A DNA stretch of 64,000 nt, from positions 1,120,001 through 1,184,000 of the forward strand of contig CAWGLD010000001.1 of the NCBI GenBank assembly GCA_963823335.1. Direction: 5' to 3'. Origin of the DNA: an uncultured delta proteobacterium (GTDB taxonomy: Bacteria; Desulfobacterota; Desulfobacteria; Desulfobacterales; B30-G6). Numbering within the stretch: the first letter of the stretch is position 1; every line of letters starts with the position of its first letter. This document shows, piece by piece, positions 1 through 9,240 of this stretch. A program made the translations under genes and the position numbers. The notes under the pieces are model-generated. The model saw only the letters and a program-made list of their open reading frames with translations, searched no databases and was not told the origin of the DNA.

Positions 1-447
1 AACATCCTGAACCGAACCCATGGGCATAACCCAGTCGATGTGTTCCAAGGCATCAGCGACTTTGGCCCCATTGGCGATATCGGTAACCAGCGTTGGATGA
101 ATGTCACCTGTAAGCGCATCCATGGTATTGGGGCTGGCGGTGGACGTGCCATAATAGCTTTTGCGTCCCTCCACCTGCAGGGCCGGTCGGCCATCGCGGC
201 TGTAGATCGTGTATCCCTTGGGAGTAGTCTCCAGACATGCATTCACCACATGCTCAGGGATCTTCACATGGTCGTCTTTGACAATACAGCCGACCTGTTT
301 GAGCATTTTTCTGGCGCCTTTGTGAAGTACCTTGAATCCTACCTTGGCCATGACATCATAGCTGGCACGTTTGATTTCCTCCACCTGGTCGTTGGTAAGT
401 ACCTGGAACGAAAGCGATTTTTTTTCAACTAAGCCTGTCTGTATCAT
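1..447 (-). CDS. Trimethylamine methyltransferase (MttB) superfamily protein, 5' portion; runs off the window edge
   Basis: Not in the ORF track. Manual translation from ATG at 447 (RBS GAGGAGG) is open to position 1: MIQTGLVEKKSLSFQVLTNDQVEEIKRASYDVMAKVGFKVLHKGARKML...PKGYTIYSRDG...DIANGAKVADALEHIDWVMPMGSVQDV, the typical MttB N-terminal pattern. Confidence 0.85.
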   Translation of the reverse strand, partial: MIQTGLVEKKSLSFQVLTNDQVEEIKRASYDVMAKVGFKVLHKGARKMLKQVGCIVKDDHVKIPEHVVNACLETTPKGYTIYSRDGRPALQVEGRKSYYGTSTASPNTMDALTGDIHPTLVTDIANGAKVADALEHIDWVMPMGSVQDV

Positions 448-619
448 AATGCCTCCTCAAGGATCCATGCGCCATTCGCATCGCGTATAAATATTAATCT
501 TTCTCATATCGTACAACGGAAATACTATCCATCAGACGTTATAGCACCTTCGTATTGACATTGGTTTTTCGATATTCAATAGTTATTCACCTCCAAACTT
601 TTCAAGAAAGGAGAACATA

Positions 620-1012
620 ATGAAGATACTTGTGGGTTATAACGACTCGAAGGCAAATGAAAATGTAATAAAGTGGGCTCTTAAACATGGACTCGCATTT
701 AAAGCAGATGTCCATATCATAACCTCCTTGGAACAAAGTCCTACCTTGAAAAGAGAGCAGATCGATAGAGCTGAAAGCAAGCTGGAAAATCTTAAAAAAC
801 CTTTCAAAGCAGATGGGATTGTCTGTGAAACCCGCACATCTGTCAGCTACAATTCTCCCGGAGAAGATCTGGTCCGATTTGCCAAAGAAAATGGTATTGA
901 TGAAATTATTATCGGTGTTAAAAAAAAATCAAAAGTGGGAAAAATAGTTTTTGGGTCCACCGCTCAATATGTCATCCTGAAAGCACACTGCCCGGTTCTT
1001 GCTGTCAAATGA
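620..1012 (+). CDS. Universal stress protein (USP)
   Basis: KILVGY N-terminus and IIIG...GKIVFGSTAQYVILKAHCPVLAVK C-terminal USP motif; RBS AAGGAG. Confidence 0.93.
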   Translation: MKILVGYNDSKANENVIKWALKHGLAFKADVHIITSLEQSPTLKREQIDRAESKLENLKKPFKADGIVCETRTSVSYNSPGEDLVRFAKENGIDEIIIGVKKKSKVGKIVFGSTAQYVILKAHCPVLAVK

Positions 1013-1344
1013 ATATCGAAAACAACCTCATTGTACTTGTCACAGCGATACGCCATTTTTTAGAAGGTCTCAACAACGTTCATTTGAAACCATTTCTGGC
1101 TAACTGGTCTTCCACAACGTGTGTGACAGGTTCTTTCGCGCCGAACAGTCTTCCCGTTCTTTCCTATAACAGGAAGATCCCTCTGGCAGCGGGGTGATCA
1201 AGATTGGATCTATCGATCTCCTGGGCTGCCCATATGTCATGCCTCCTGGGAGTCGCATGACATGAGAACAGAAGCGTATCGTTGCTTGCCCTCTATCTCT
1301 GGCGGGGAGGTGACCTGGTCCAGAAATCACTTCTGACGCCATAG
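1009..1344 (+). pseudogene. Degraded DMSP-lyase-family cupin (internal deletion plus frameshifts)
   Basis: First frame ends ...PNSLPVLSY; a shifted frame from ~1169 reads TGRSLWQRGDQDWIYRSPGLPICHASWESHDMRTE; a further shift reads LLALYLWRGGDLVQKSLLTP* (TAG 1342-1344), matching the family C-terminal pattern HAMRT..PLLALYLWRGGDL. Confidence 0.65.
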
Positions 1345-1382
1345 CCGGCCGGTTTAAAATTCAGGATTACCCACAGTTGCGA

Positions 1383-3500
1383 TCAATCGGCACCTAACTG
1401 CCGTATGTGGAGACGTTCCGCTTCATCCGGTACATGGATTACAGGCGCCACCTTTTTCAACTCTTCCATGGAGATATGACATTTGATGACATGACGGTCT
1501 GCCACTGTTTGCTCCGGTGGGAGCTCATTATCGCAAACATCACCAATTCGCCGGTGGCAGCGGGTACAAAATGGGCAGCCTTTGGGCGGATTCATGGCGC
1601 TGGGCAGGTCGCCTTCCAGCACAATTTCACGCTTGGTTACTTCTGGATCAGCGATGGGTACTGCTGATAATAGCGCTTCTGTGTATGGGTGATAGGGTGG
1701 TGCGAAGATCTCCTCCGTTGTCCCTCTTTCAAAGATATGTCCGAGATACATGACCACAATGCGATCCGATATGTAACGAACAACACTTAGATCGTGACTG
1801 ATGAATAGCAATGTTGTTTTATGTTTGCGCTGGATATCCATGAGCAGTTCTGTTACAGCTGCTGCCACTGAAACGTCCAGTGCGGAGACCGGTTCATCTG
1901 CAATGACCATGCTCGGGTTACCTGCAAAGGCCCGGGCAATACCGATACGCTGTTTTTGCCCCCCTGAAAGTTGTCTGGGTTTTCTAAAGTAGAAATCCCT
2001 TGGAAGTTTGACCGTGTCCAGCAGCTTCATAACGCGATCGAATATTTTTTTCTTGTCAGATTCCACACCAAACTTCTTGATTACCCGTGAGATCTGACCA
2101 CCGATACTGTGGCTTGGGTTCAGGGTGTCAAACGGATTTTGAAATACCATCTGAAGTGAGCTGATCTGTTTGGCGCTGCGATCTCGAACGGCGATGTCGG
2201 AAATGTCCTTGCCTTTGTGGCGCACCTCGCCCTCGGTACTTGTCTCCAATCCCATCAGCACCTTGGCAAAGGTTGATTTACCACAACCGGATTCACCAAC
2301 AATCGCTACCGTTTCACCCTCTCTGGCAGTAAAGTTCAACGCTTCATTGGCTTTTACATAACGCGTTCGTTTCCCGCTAATTAAAGCCCGCAGCGAGCTG
2401 TCACGAATCTCATAGTACTTTTTCATGCCGTCTACATTGAGAACCCGTTTACCGAGTTTAAGTGCCTCTTTGACTTCATCAACCGGCGCCGCAAGGCGAT
2501 GATCGATTTCCTTATAGCGTAAACAGCGTACGCGATGGTCGGCCGCACTATCTTCAACATGTTCCATTTTGAAATGCTCAACGTCACACAGTCCGGGTTT
2601 GAAATGATCACAGCGCGGGTGGTAATAACAGCCCTGGGGTCGATCGAATGGTAACGGGAGTTGACCCCGGATCGGTTTTAGCGGGGCAGCGTTCTTGTCA
2701 GCCGTCGGCAACGGAATACAGGCAAATAGGCCGTGGGTGTAAGGGTGCTTTGGCCAGGTAAACAGCGAGTTAATCGTTCCTTCTTCTACAACTTCACCGG
2801 AATACATCACGAATACCCGGTCACATGTTTCCAGAATCAGTCCCAGATTATGGGAGATATAGATCTGGGAAGTGCCATATTTCTTGCTGATTTCAGCCAC
2901 CAGTTTGACGATGCCGGCTTCAACCGTAACATCCAGGGCGGTCGTGGGCTCATCCAGCAGTAACAGAGATGGATTTGACAAAAGCCCCATGGCGATAACC
3001 ACCCTTTGTTGCTGCCCACCAGATAGCTGATGCGGATATGAGTCCATCAGCCGTTCAGGATCAGGCAGCTTGACATCCCCGAGCATCTGCACAGCCCTCT
3101 GTCGCGCTTCTTCTTTGGAAATGCTCTCATGCGCAAGCGGCACCTCTATAAGCTGGGTGCTTATTTTGAGGCTTGGATTCAAAGAGGCAAAAGGCTCCTG
3201 GTAAATCATTGCGATCTCCGATCCTCGAATATGGCGTAGCTCATGCTCCGACAGTTGGGTCAAATCACGGCCTTTGAAGGTGATACTGCCGCTCTTGATA
3301 CCGCCGTTGGCGCCCATGTGTTGCATGATCGCCATGGCAACGGTAGATTTTCCGCAGCCCGATTCGCCGACAATACCGATCGTTTCACCGGGCTTTACCG
3401 TCAACGAAAAATCCACCACCGCAGGAATCTCTCCTGCCCGGGTATAGTAAGAGATGCAGAGATCCTTGCAGACCAGCACCGGTGCTTGATCGTCGTTCAT
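1383..3500 (-). CDS. Peptide/nickel ABC transporter ATPase, fused double domain (DppD/DppF-like)
   Basis: Two GESGCGKS Walker A motifs, two LSGGQ signatures, HPYT motifs and Cys-rich oligo_HPY tails. Confidence 0.95.
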   Translation of the reverse strand: MNDDQAPVLVCKDLCISYYTRAGEIPAVVDFSLTVKPGETIGIVGESGCGKSTVAMAIMQHMGANGGIKSGSITFKGRDLTQLSEHELRHIRGSEIAMIYQEPFASLNPSLKISTQLIEVPLAHESISKEEARQRAVQMLGDVKLPDPERLMDSYPHQLSGGQQQRVVIAMGLLSNPSLLLLDEPTTALDVTVEAGIVKLVAEISKKYGTSQIYISHNLGLILETCDRVFVMYSGEVVEEGTINSLFTWPKHPYTHGLFACIPLPTADKNAAPLKPIRGQLPLPFDRPQGCYYHPRCDHFKPGLCDVEHFKMEHVEDSAADHRVRCLRYKEIDHRLAAPVDEVKEALKLGKRVLNVDGMKKYYEIRDSSLRALISGKRTRYVKANEALNFTAREGETVAIVGESGCGKSTFAKVLMGLETSTEGEVRHKGKDISDIAVRDRSAKQISSLQMVFQNPFDTLNPSHSIGGQISRVIKKFGVESDKKKIFDRVMKLLDTVKLPRDFYFRKPRQLSGGQKQRIGIARAFAGNPSMVIADEPVSALDVSVAAAVTELLMDIQRKHKTTLLFISHDLSVVRYISDRIVVMYLGHIFERGTTEEIFAPPYHPYTEALLSAVPIADPEVTKREIVLEGDLPSAMNPPKGCPFCTRCHRRIGDVCDNELPPEQTVADRHVIKCHISMEELKKVAPVIHVPDEAERLHIRQLGAD

Positions 3501-3514
3501 ATGTTGCTTCCCTC

Positions 3515-4408
3515 CTAATCACGCAATGAGATTTCACGTAGACCGTCTGCCAGTAGGTTAAACCCCAGGATCAACGAAGATATCGCGATGCAGGGAAAGA
3601 GCGTCATGTGCGGAAAAGCCATGGCCATTTGCCGGGTTTCGTTTACCATGCCACCCCAATCAGGATCCGGTGGCGGTAGACCCAGGCCCAGAAAACCAAG
3701 TACACCGATGGTGATAATGACATAACCCAGGCGTAGGCAGGCATCGACAATAAGTGGGCCACGTGCATTGGGTAAGATTTCAACCAGCATTACGCGCCAG
3801 TCTGATTCACCCCTAGTCTGGGCCGCCGCAACATAGTCACGATTGCGAAGATCCAGCACCAATCCACGCACGATACGCATGATCCCCGGTGAGGATGCAA
3901 AAGTGATGGCAATAATGATGTTAAATCCGGATGCGCCGATGGTGGCGATGATGATAATATACAGCACCAATACCGGAAAAGAGAGAATTATGTCTGCTAT
4001 GCGAGACAGGATATCATCCGTCCAGCCGCCGCGATATCCGGCCGCAAGCCCCATGAAAATACCCAAGGTGTAAGCGCAAATTGTTGCGAGGGGTGCATAA
4101 ATCAGCACCGTACGCGAGCCCCAAATAATACGGGACAGGATATCCCGCCCGATATGATCGGTGCCGAGCCAGAATGTGCCGCCGACCTTGACCGCCTCCA
4201 TACCCGGTTTGGCAAACGGTTGGATGGACGAGTTGGGGTCAAACGGTGCAATCAACGGTGCCAAGATGGCAACCAGCACCCAGAATAAAACAAGGAAGGC
4301 CCCCAACATACCGACCCAACTCTCCCGCAACAGAGCAAAAGATTTCAGACCACGCCACAAAGCCGCGCCATATCCAGCCGTGGGCATTTCTGTTATAGAT
4401 GTCGTCAT
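3515..4408 (-). CDS. Peptide ABC transporter permease (DppC-like)
   Basis: WLGTDHIGRDILSR, EAA-like loop, FLGLG..PPDPDWG. Confidence 0.95.
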   Translation of the reverse strand: MTTSITEMPTAGYGAALWRGLKSFALLRESWVGMLGAFLVLFWVLVAILAPLIAPFDPNSSIQPFAKPGMEAVKVGGTFWLGTDHIGRDILSRIIWGSRTVLIYAPLATICAYTLGIFMGLAAGYRGGWTDDILSRIADIILSFPVLVLYIIIIATIGASGFNIIIAITFASSPGIMRIVRGLVLDLRNRDYVAAAQTRGESDWRVMLVEILPNARGPLIVDACLRLGYVIITIGVLGFLGLGLPPPDPDWGGMVNETRQMAMAFPHMTLFPCIAISSLILGFNLLADGLREISLRD

Positions 4409-4423
4409 GAGTATAAAGCCTCC

Positions 4424-5359
4424 TTAGCTGAAACGGATACGGGGATTGAGAAACGTGTAGCCAATATCGGCGAGGGTTTGCGTCGTAACTGCAACACAAA
4501 CGGCCACCATGGCGCACGCTTCCAGAAGGGCGATATCGTTGTTAAGAGAAGCTTCCAGGATCAGCGCACCAAAGCCCTTGTAAGCAAAGAAAAACTCAAC
4601 CACAATGACCCCTGACAACAGCCAGTTGATCTGCAGCATGATAACTGTGAAGGGTGCGATGAGTGCGTTGCGTAATGCATGTTTTATAATCACCGATTTG
4701 TAGGGCAGACCTTTCAGTACGGCCGTCCGTATATACTGAGAGGTCATTACTTCGGCCATGGATGCCCGGGTCATACGGGCGACATAGCCAAAATCATAGA
4801 CGATCAGAACCATGGCAGGCATAACCAACTGTTTGAACTCGAACCCGCCCGACATGCTGCTGGTGCCCGGCAACCATTTCAGACCGAAGACAAAAAGGGC
4901 GGAGAAAATTACCGCGCTGGCAAATTCCGGCACAGACGTTGTCAAAATGCCGAACACCGAGATAGCTCTATCGAGCTTAGAGCCTTCCTTCATGCCCGAC
5001 AGGACGCCTAATATCAATGATAAGGGGATCATAATCGCAAACGTCCAAAACCCCAATATGGCAGTATTCCATAGCCGGGGTAACATCACATCAGCGACAG
5101 GGCTTTTAAATCGGATGGATTCCCCAAGGTTTCCGGTCGCAAAATTGCCCAGCCACTTCACATAACGTAATATCACGGGTTGATTATACCCGTGTTGTTC
5201 CCGCCACATCTCCCGCTGTTCTTCGTTTGAAAATTGGCCCAGCACCCGGGCTGCCGGATCACCCGTAAGCTCTGTTTCCAGCAACATAAAAAGAATCAGC
5301 GATACGACAAGCATGGTAAAAATCATGAATCCGAAACGCTTTACCACCAAGGTGACCAT
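4424..5359 (-). CDS. Peptide ABC transporter permease (DppB-like)
   Basis: GDPA, GNLGES, YIRTAVLKGL, KHALRNA, NPRIR; start moved to ATG 5359, which follows an AGGAGG RBS. Confidence 0.95.
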   Translation of the reverse strand: MVTLVVKRFGFMIFTMLVVSLILFMLLETELTGDPAARVLGQFSNEEQREMWREQHGYNQPVILRYVKWLGNFATGNLGESIRFKSPVADVMLPRLWNTAILGFWTFAIMIPLSLILGVLSGMKEGSKLDRAISVFGILTTSVPEFASAVIFSALFVFGLKWLPGTSSMSGGFEFKQLVMPAMVLIVYDFGYVARMTRASMAEVMTSQYIRTAVLKGLPYKSVIIKHALRNALIAPFTVIMLQINWLLSGVIVVEFFFAYKGFGALILEASLNNDIALLEACAMVAVCVAVTTQTLADIGYTFLNPRIRFS

Positions 5360-5398
5360 ATGGGTGCCTCCTGATATAATGATAGGTTTTGGGGGAGA

Positions 5399-5438
5399 TT
5401 CCAGGGCGGGGAACGTCGCAGCGCTCCCCGCCCCGGAA
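5399..5438 (-). other. GC-rich intergenic stem-loop downstream of the solute-binding gene (likely mRNA-stabilising hairpin)
   Basis: TTCCAGGGCGGGGAACG...CGCTCCCCGCCCCGGAA imperfect inverted repeat between SBP and permease. Confidence 0.6.
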
Positions 5439-5452
5439 TGCACGCTATTTTA

Positions 5453-7120
5453 CTAGGTCAGAGAGACCTTGTGGAAGCGGTAGTATCGGGTTGGATGCAT
5501 TTCAAAGCCCACGACACTGTCACGGACCGCAGTGAATACGGAACGGAAGAAGGGCTGGATTAGAACGGCGTCATCCTGTAGAATTTTCTCAACCTTCTCC
5601 ATTTTGGCCCGGCGTTGTTCAATATTCAGTGTTGATTCTGCCTCGGTCAAGGCCGCATCAAACGCAGGGTTGGCATAACTGGACTCATTCCAGGGTACAC
5701 CGGTGCGGTAGGCCAGACCCAGTACCATGACGGCCAGGGGCCGGTGGGTCCAGGAGGTCAGGCTCAAGGGCGCCTTGGTCCAGACATCCCAATATGATGC
5801 CATGGGCATCACATTCATTTTGATATTGATCCCGGCTTTGGCGGCATCTTCTTTGAGCACGGCAACGGAGTCCTGCTCCCAAACGCCGTCCGTATTCCCC
5901 ACATTGCAGGTCAATTCAATGCCATTGGGGTATCCGGCCTCGGCCAGCAGTTTTTTTGCCCCTGCAATGTCCTGCTTGATCGGCGGCAGGGCAAAATATT
6001 CAGGGTGGATAGTGGCCACATGATGGTGTTCCGCAACGATCCCTAAACCCTGGTGAGCGATATCGAGCTGTCGCTGGGCATCGCAGGTTTTCTGCACGGC
6101 TTTGCGTACGCGGATATCGGTAAACGGCTTCTCGGTAACTTTCATGCGAATAACACCGGTCTGGGTCGATGGTATGTCGACAACCTTGATTCCCGGAATA
6201 TTCTTGGCCGCCTCCAGGGTCGTCAGGTCAAGATTGTAGATGACATCCACCTGCTTTGAAGCGATAGCGGCCAGATAAGCACCGGCATCTTCCCCCAGAT
6301 CAATAATGCGAATCTCATCCAGAAAGACCTCACCGCCCCACCAGGGTTCTTTACGTTTTTTAAGGACAGCCAGTTCACCAACCCTGAACTCGGTGAGGGT
6401 ATATGGACCGGTTCCCACGGGATTTTTGGATAGATCCCCGCCTTCTTTTTCAAAATTTCTGTGAACGATGCCAGTCGGATAATTGTAAAGATTTTCAGGA
6501 ATCGACAACACCGGCGAGTTCAGATTGAGTTGAACCGTATGCCCATCCACTTTCTGCACCGCAGTTTTAGACATGCGTTTGATCATGTTGCCTTTGGCAT
6601 CTTTCTCACCGGTCTCCTCGAGCATGGCATCGAACAGACCCAGATTGGATGACCCGGTTTTTGGATCGAGCCAGCGGGTAAAATTAAACACCACATCGTC
6701 TGCATTGAAATCATCGCCGTTGGACCATTTGACCCCTTTGCGCAGATGGAAGGTCCAGGTTTTCAGATCATCGGATGCCTCCCAGCTGGTTGCCAGAGAT
6801 GGTCGGGTGATATTATCCGGACCGGTCTCTACCAGGTACTCGGTGATATGGCGAGAAACGATGGATTTCTGGGTCCATGAATACGTTGCGGGGTCGGCCA
6901 TTTCTTGCACCTGCATGCCATATTTTAATACGCCGCCTTTTTTCTGTGTGGCGGCTATGGCAGATGAAACAAAACCCGGTAACCCTGCCATACTGTAGGC
7001 TGCCGTTGCCGAAACACCCAGCAACGTGACCGTGCGTAGAAATTCGCGTCGTGAGCACTTGCCGTCAGCTAGAGCTTTTTTCATTTGTTCAACACCAGGG
7101 TGCACTTTTTTTGTCTTCAT
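5453..7120 (-). CDS. Peptide ABC transporter solute-binding protein (family 5), Tat signal
   Basis: SRREFL twin-arginine motif; [32 protein letters not shown]. Confidence 0.95.
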   Translation of the reverse strand: MKTKKVHPGVEQMKKALADGKCSRREFLRTVTLLGVSATAAYSMAGLPGFVSSAIAATQKKGGVLKYGMQVQEMADPATYSWTQKSIVSRHITEYLVETGPDNITRPSLATSWEASDDLKTWTFHLRKGVKWSNGDDFNADDVVFNFTRWLDPKTGSSNLGLFDAMLEETGEKDAKGNMIKRMSKTAVQKVDGHTVQLNLNSPVLSIPENLYNYPTGIVHRNFEKEGGDLSKNPVGTGPYTLTEFRVGELAVLKKRKEPWWGGEVFLDEIRIIDLGEDAGAYLAAIASKQVDVIYNLDLTTLEAAKNIPGIKVVDIPSTQTGVIRMKVTEKPFTDIRVRKAVQKTCDAQRQLDIAHQGLGIVAEHHHVATIHPEYFALPPIKQDIAGAKKLLAEAGYPNGIELTCNVGNTDGVWEQDSVAVLKEDAAKAGINIKMNVMPMASYWDVWTKAPLSLTSWTHRPLAVMVLGLAYRTGVPWNESSYANPAFDAALTEAESTLNIEQRRAKMEKVEKILQDDAVLIQPFFRSVFTAVRDSVVGFEMHPTRYYRFHKVSLT

Positions 7121-7469
7121 GATGATTTCCTCCTCTTCAATTTATCGGATTGGTAAGAAAGATCCCTGCAGCCGGTATAGACATTTCGCCTGCAGCAATA
7201 TAATAAGGATTAAAATCAATATATTAGATGCGTTGGCAAGACTTGTTAAGTCCCCCAGTATGTAACTAAATTGTTGTTATCAGCGTAATTGCTATCTAAT
7301 TAATTCTATTCAGATGTATTAAAAGCGGGTATGGACTAAATGAGATCCATGCATAACCGCCAGAAAGGCATAACGTTATGCGGTGTAAGGCAGAATGCCA
7401 AACAATAAGTGTATATATTTAGAAAATTAAAGATTTTATGTCAAGCATTTATCCCGGTAGCGACTTGCT

Positions 7470-7946
7470 TTAATTGTACTTGGCCAGATAATCATCCGGG
7501 ATTTGTACGGCCACAACCTTTCCCCTGGCGCAAAGGGTGTCACCGGAGTACAGGTCAATGGAAACCACGACTTTCCTGCCTTTGATCTCATCAATTTTGC
7601 CGCGCATGAGAATTTCCTGCTTGATGGGTACGGGAGCGAGATAATCCACGTGCAGGGATGCGGTTACGAAACGGGAAAGCGGCTCGGTGCCGAGCGTCTT
7701 ACCATCGTTTCTGTGCTTTGCCGCTGAAGCCGTTCCGGCGGCATGACAGTCGATGAGGGAAGCCACCAGACCGCCATACACGAAATTCTGGGCGCCGGTG
7801 TGAAAAGGTTCCGGCTGAAACCGGCAGACGGTCTCGTCGCCATCCCAGAAACTCTTGAGTTGATGACCATGTTCATTCAGTCTTCCACAGCCGTAGCAGA
7901 TGGCAAAATCATCGGGGTAGTAATCTTGAAAACCTTTTTCAGTCAT
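7470..7946 (-). CDS. PaaI/hotdog-fold thioesterase
   Basis: CYGCG, YGGLVASLIDCH, TASLHVDYLAP. Confidence 0.88.
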   Translation of the reverse strand: MTEKGFQDYYPDDFAICYGCGRLNEHGHQLKSFWDGDETVCRFQPEPFHTGAQNFVYGGLVASLIDCHAAGTASAAKHRNDGKTLGTEPLSRFVTASLHVDYLAPVPIKQEILMRGKIDEIKGRKVVVSIDLYSGDTLCARGKVVAVQIPDDYLAKYN

Positions 7947-8093
7947 GTGTTTCTCCTTCTCGTTTTTGGGAACCTATCCTATATCACAAATGCAGGTTTG
8001 TCTCCAAGCGTTTGCCCGGCGCATCCGCAGGAAATTCGTATGGAAGCACCACGTCCGTTCACTGTCGAATGTTGATCCGATCTGTTTTTTTTC

Positions 8094-8122
8094 TTGACAA
8101 TTTTCCGGCTACGGAATAGATA
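8094..8122 (+). promoter_or_regulatory. sigma70-type promoter for tRNA-Asn
   Basis: TTGACA-17 bp-TAGATA about 30 bp upstream of the tRNA. Confidence 0.6.
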
Positions 8123-8151
8123 AAACAGCTTCATTTGCTGTGTTCAGACAA

Positions 8152-8227
8152 TCCCTGGTAGCTCAATCGGCAGAGCGGGTGGCTGTTAACCACTAGGTTG
8201 TAGGTTCAAGTCCTACCCAGGGAGCCA
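8152..8227 (+). tRNA. tRNA-Asn(GTT)
   Basis: 76 nt cloverleaf: TCCCTGG/CCAGGGA acceptor stem, CTGTTAA anticodon loop, GGTTCAAGTCC T-arm, encoded CCA. Confidence 0.97.
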
Positions 8228-8233
8228 AAACTC

Positions 8234-8270
8234 AAGCTCTGTCTTTGAAATTTAGACAGAGCTTTTTTAT
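8234..8270 (+). terminator. Rho-independent terminator between tRNA-Asn and the convergent transporter
   Basis: AAGCTCTGTCT-loop-AGACAGAGCTT followed by a T-run. Confidence 0.8.
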
Positions 8271-8276
8271 TTAATT

Positions 8277-9197
8277 TTACCCCGCAACATTCAGCCAGAA
8301 GGTATAGGCCAGCGACGACAGCAGTGTGCTCATGGAGATGGCTATCACAGCAAAATCCGGGTCACCTTTCATTTCTTTTGCCATGACATAGGAGATGGTC
8401 GCTGTGGGGGATGCCAGCAGGATGAGTCCCGGGAGGTACTCCCCGGGAGGAAAGCCCATGGCACGAAAGACGACATAGCCCAAACCCGGCATGAGGAACA
8501 GCTTGATGGTGCTTGATGAAAGAACCCATTTCATTTTATGACGGATTTCCTGAAAAGAGATAGACGCCCCAATGATGAGCAGGGCCATGGGCAGTGCCAG
8601 GCCACTCAGGATATCGAGGCTTTGCTGAGCGATCAGCGGAATGGAAATATTGAAAAACGAGCAGACAATACCGGCCATTGCCGATAAAATGACCGGATTC
8701 CCGGCGATGTTTCTGAAGATGGTTCGAGCATGCCCGGCCGAATCCGGCTGATAGGCGTTGACGGTCAGGGACAGGACCGATAATAGATTTTGCACGATCA
8801 TCAAGAATCCGGTCAGGATGCTGGCTTTGACCAATCCGTCTTCCCCCAGGTAGTAGAACGCTACGGCAAGACCTATGTAGCCAAGGTTGCCGTGAAATGA
8901 AGACTGGATATAGGACCCCAGTTGGCCCTGTTTCAGCCGGTGGAGTTTTCCTAAAATCCAGGCCAGAATGAAACCGAGCATGGCAGTTGCAATGGTAATG
9001 ACCAGGATGCCTATATTGAAGTGCGCCGTCAGGGTCGCCCTGGATATGGCGCTGAATATCATGGCTGGTAAGGCCAGATAGAAAACAAGCGAATTGGCCG
9101 GCCCGATGAAGTCTGTGTGAATAAATCCCTTTTTTCTGGATATCCACCCCAGCAGGATAATGGCAAAAACAGGGATGATGGTGGCGAAAATATTCAT
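8277..9197 (-). CDS. AEC (auxin efflux carrier/malate permease) family transporter
   Basis: ALPAMIF, GNLGYIGL, NPVI, PTA motifs; about 10 TM segments. Confidence 0.88.
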   Translation of the reverse strand: MNIFATIIPVFAIILLGWISRKKGFIHTDFIGPANSLVFYLALPAMIFSAISRATLTAHFNIGILVITIATAMLGFILAWILGKLHRLKQGQLGSYIQSSFHGNLGYIGLAVAFYYLGEDGLVKASILTGFLMIVQNLLSVLSLTVNAYQPDSAGHARTIFRNIAGNPVILSAMAGIVCSFFNISIPLIAQQSLDILSGLALPMALLIIGASISFQEIRHKMKWVLSSSTIKLFLMPGLGYVVFRAMGFPPGEYLPGLILLASPTATISYVMAKEMKGDPDFAVIAISMSTLLSSLAYTFWLNVAG

Positions 9198-9240
9198 TAT
9201 AGAAGCGACAACGTCTTGTTTTATAATCCGTGTTACGAAT

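Noticed and set aside
40-432. 130-aa + strand ORF
   Set aside because: Antisense shadow of the MttB-family gene, which has an RBS and family motifs on the minus strand.
7121-7469. sigma54 promoter or riboswitch upstream of the peptide ABC operon
   Set aside because: TGGCA motifs lack a correctly spaced GC at -12, and no riboswitch consensus was recognised.
8152-8270. tRNA-Asn as an integration (att) site
   Set aside because: No integrase nearby, no duplicated tRNA 3' end noticed, and its terminator follows directly.
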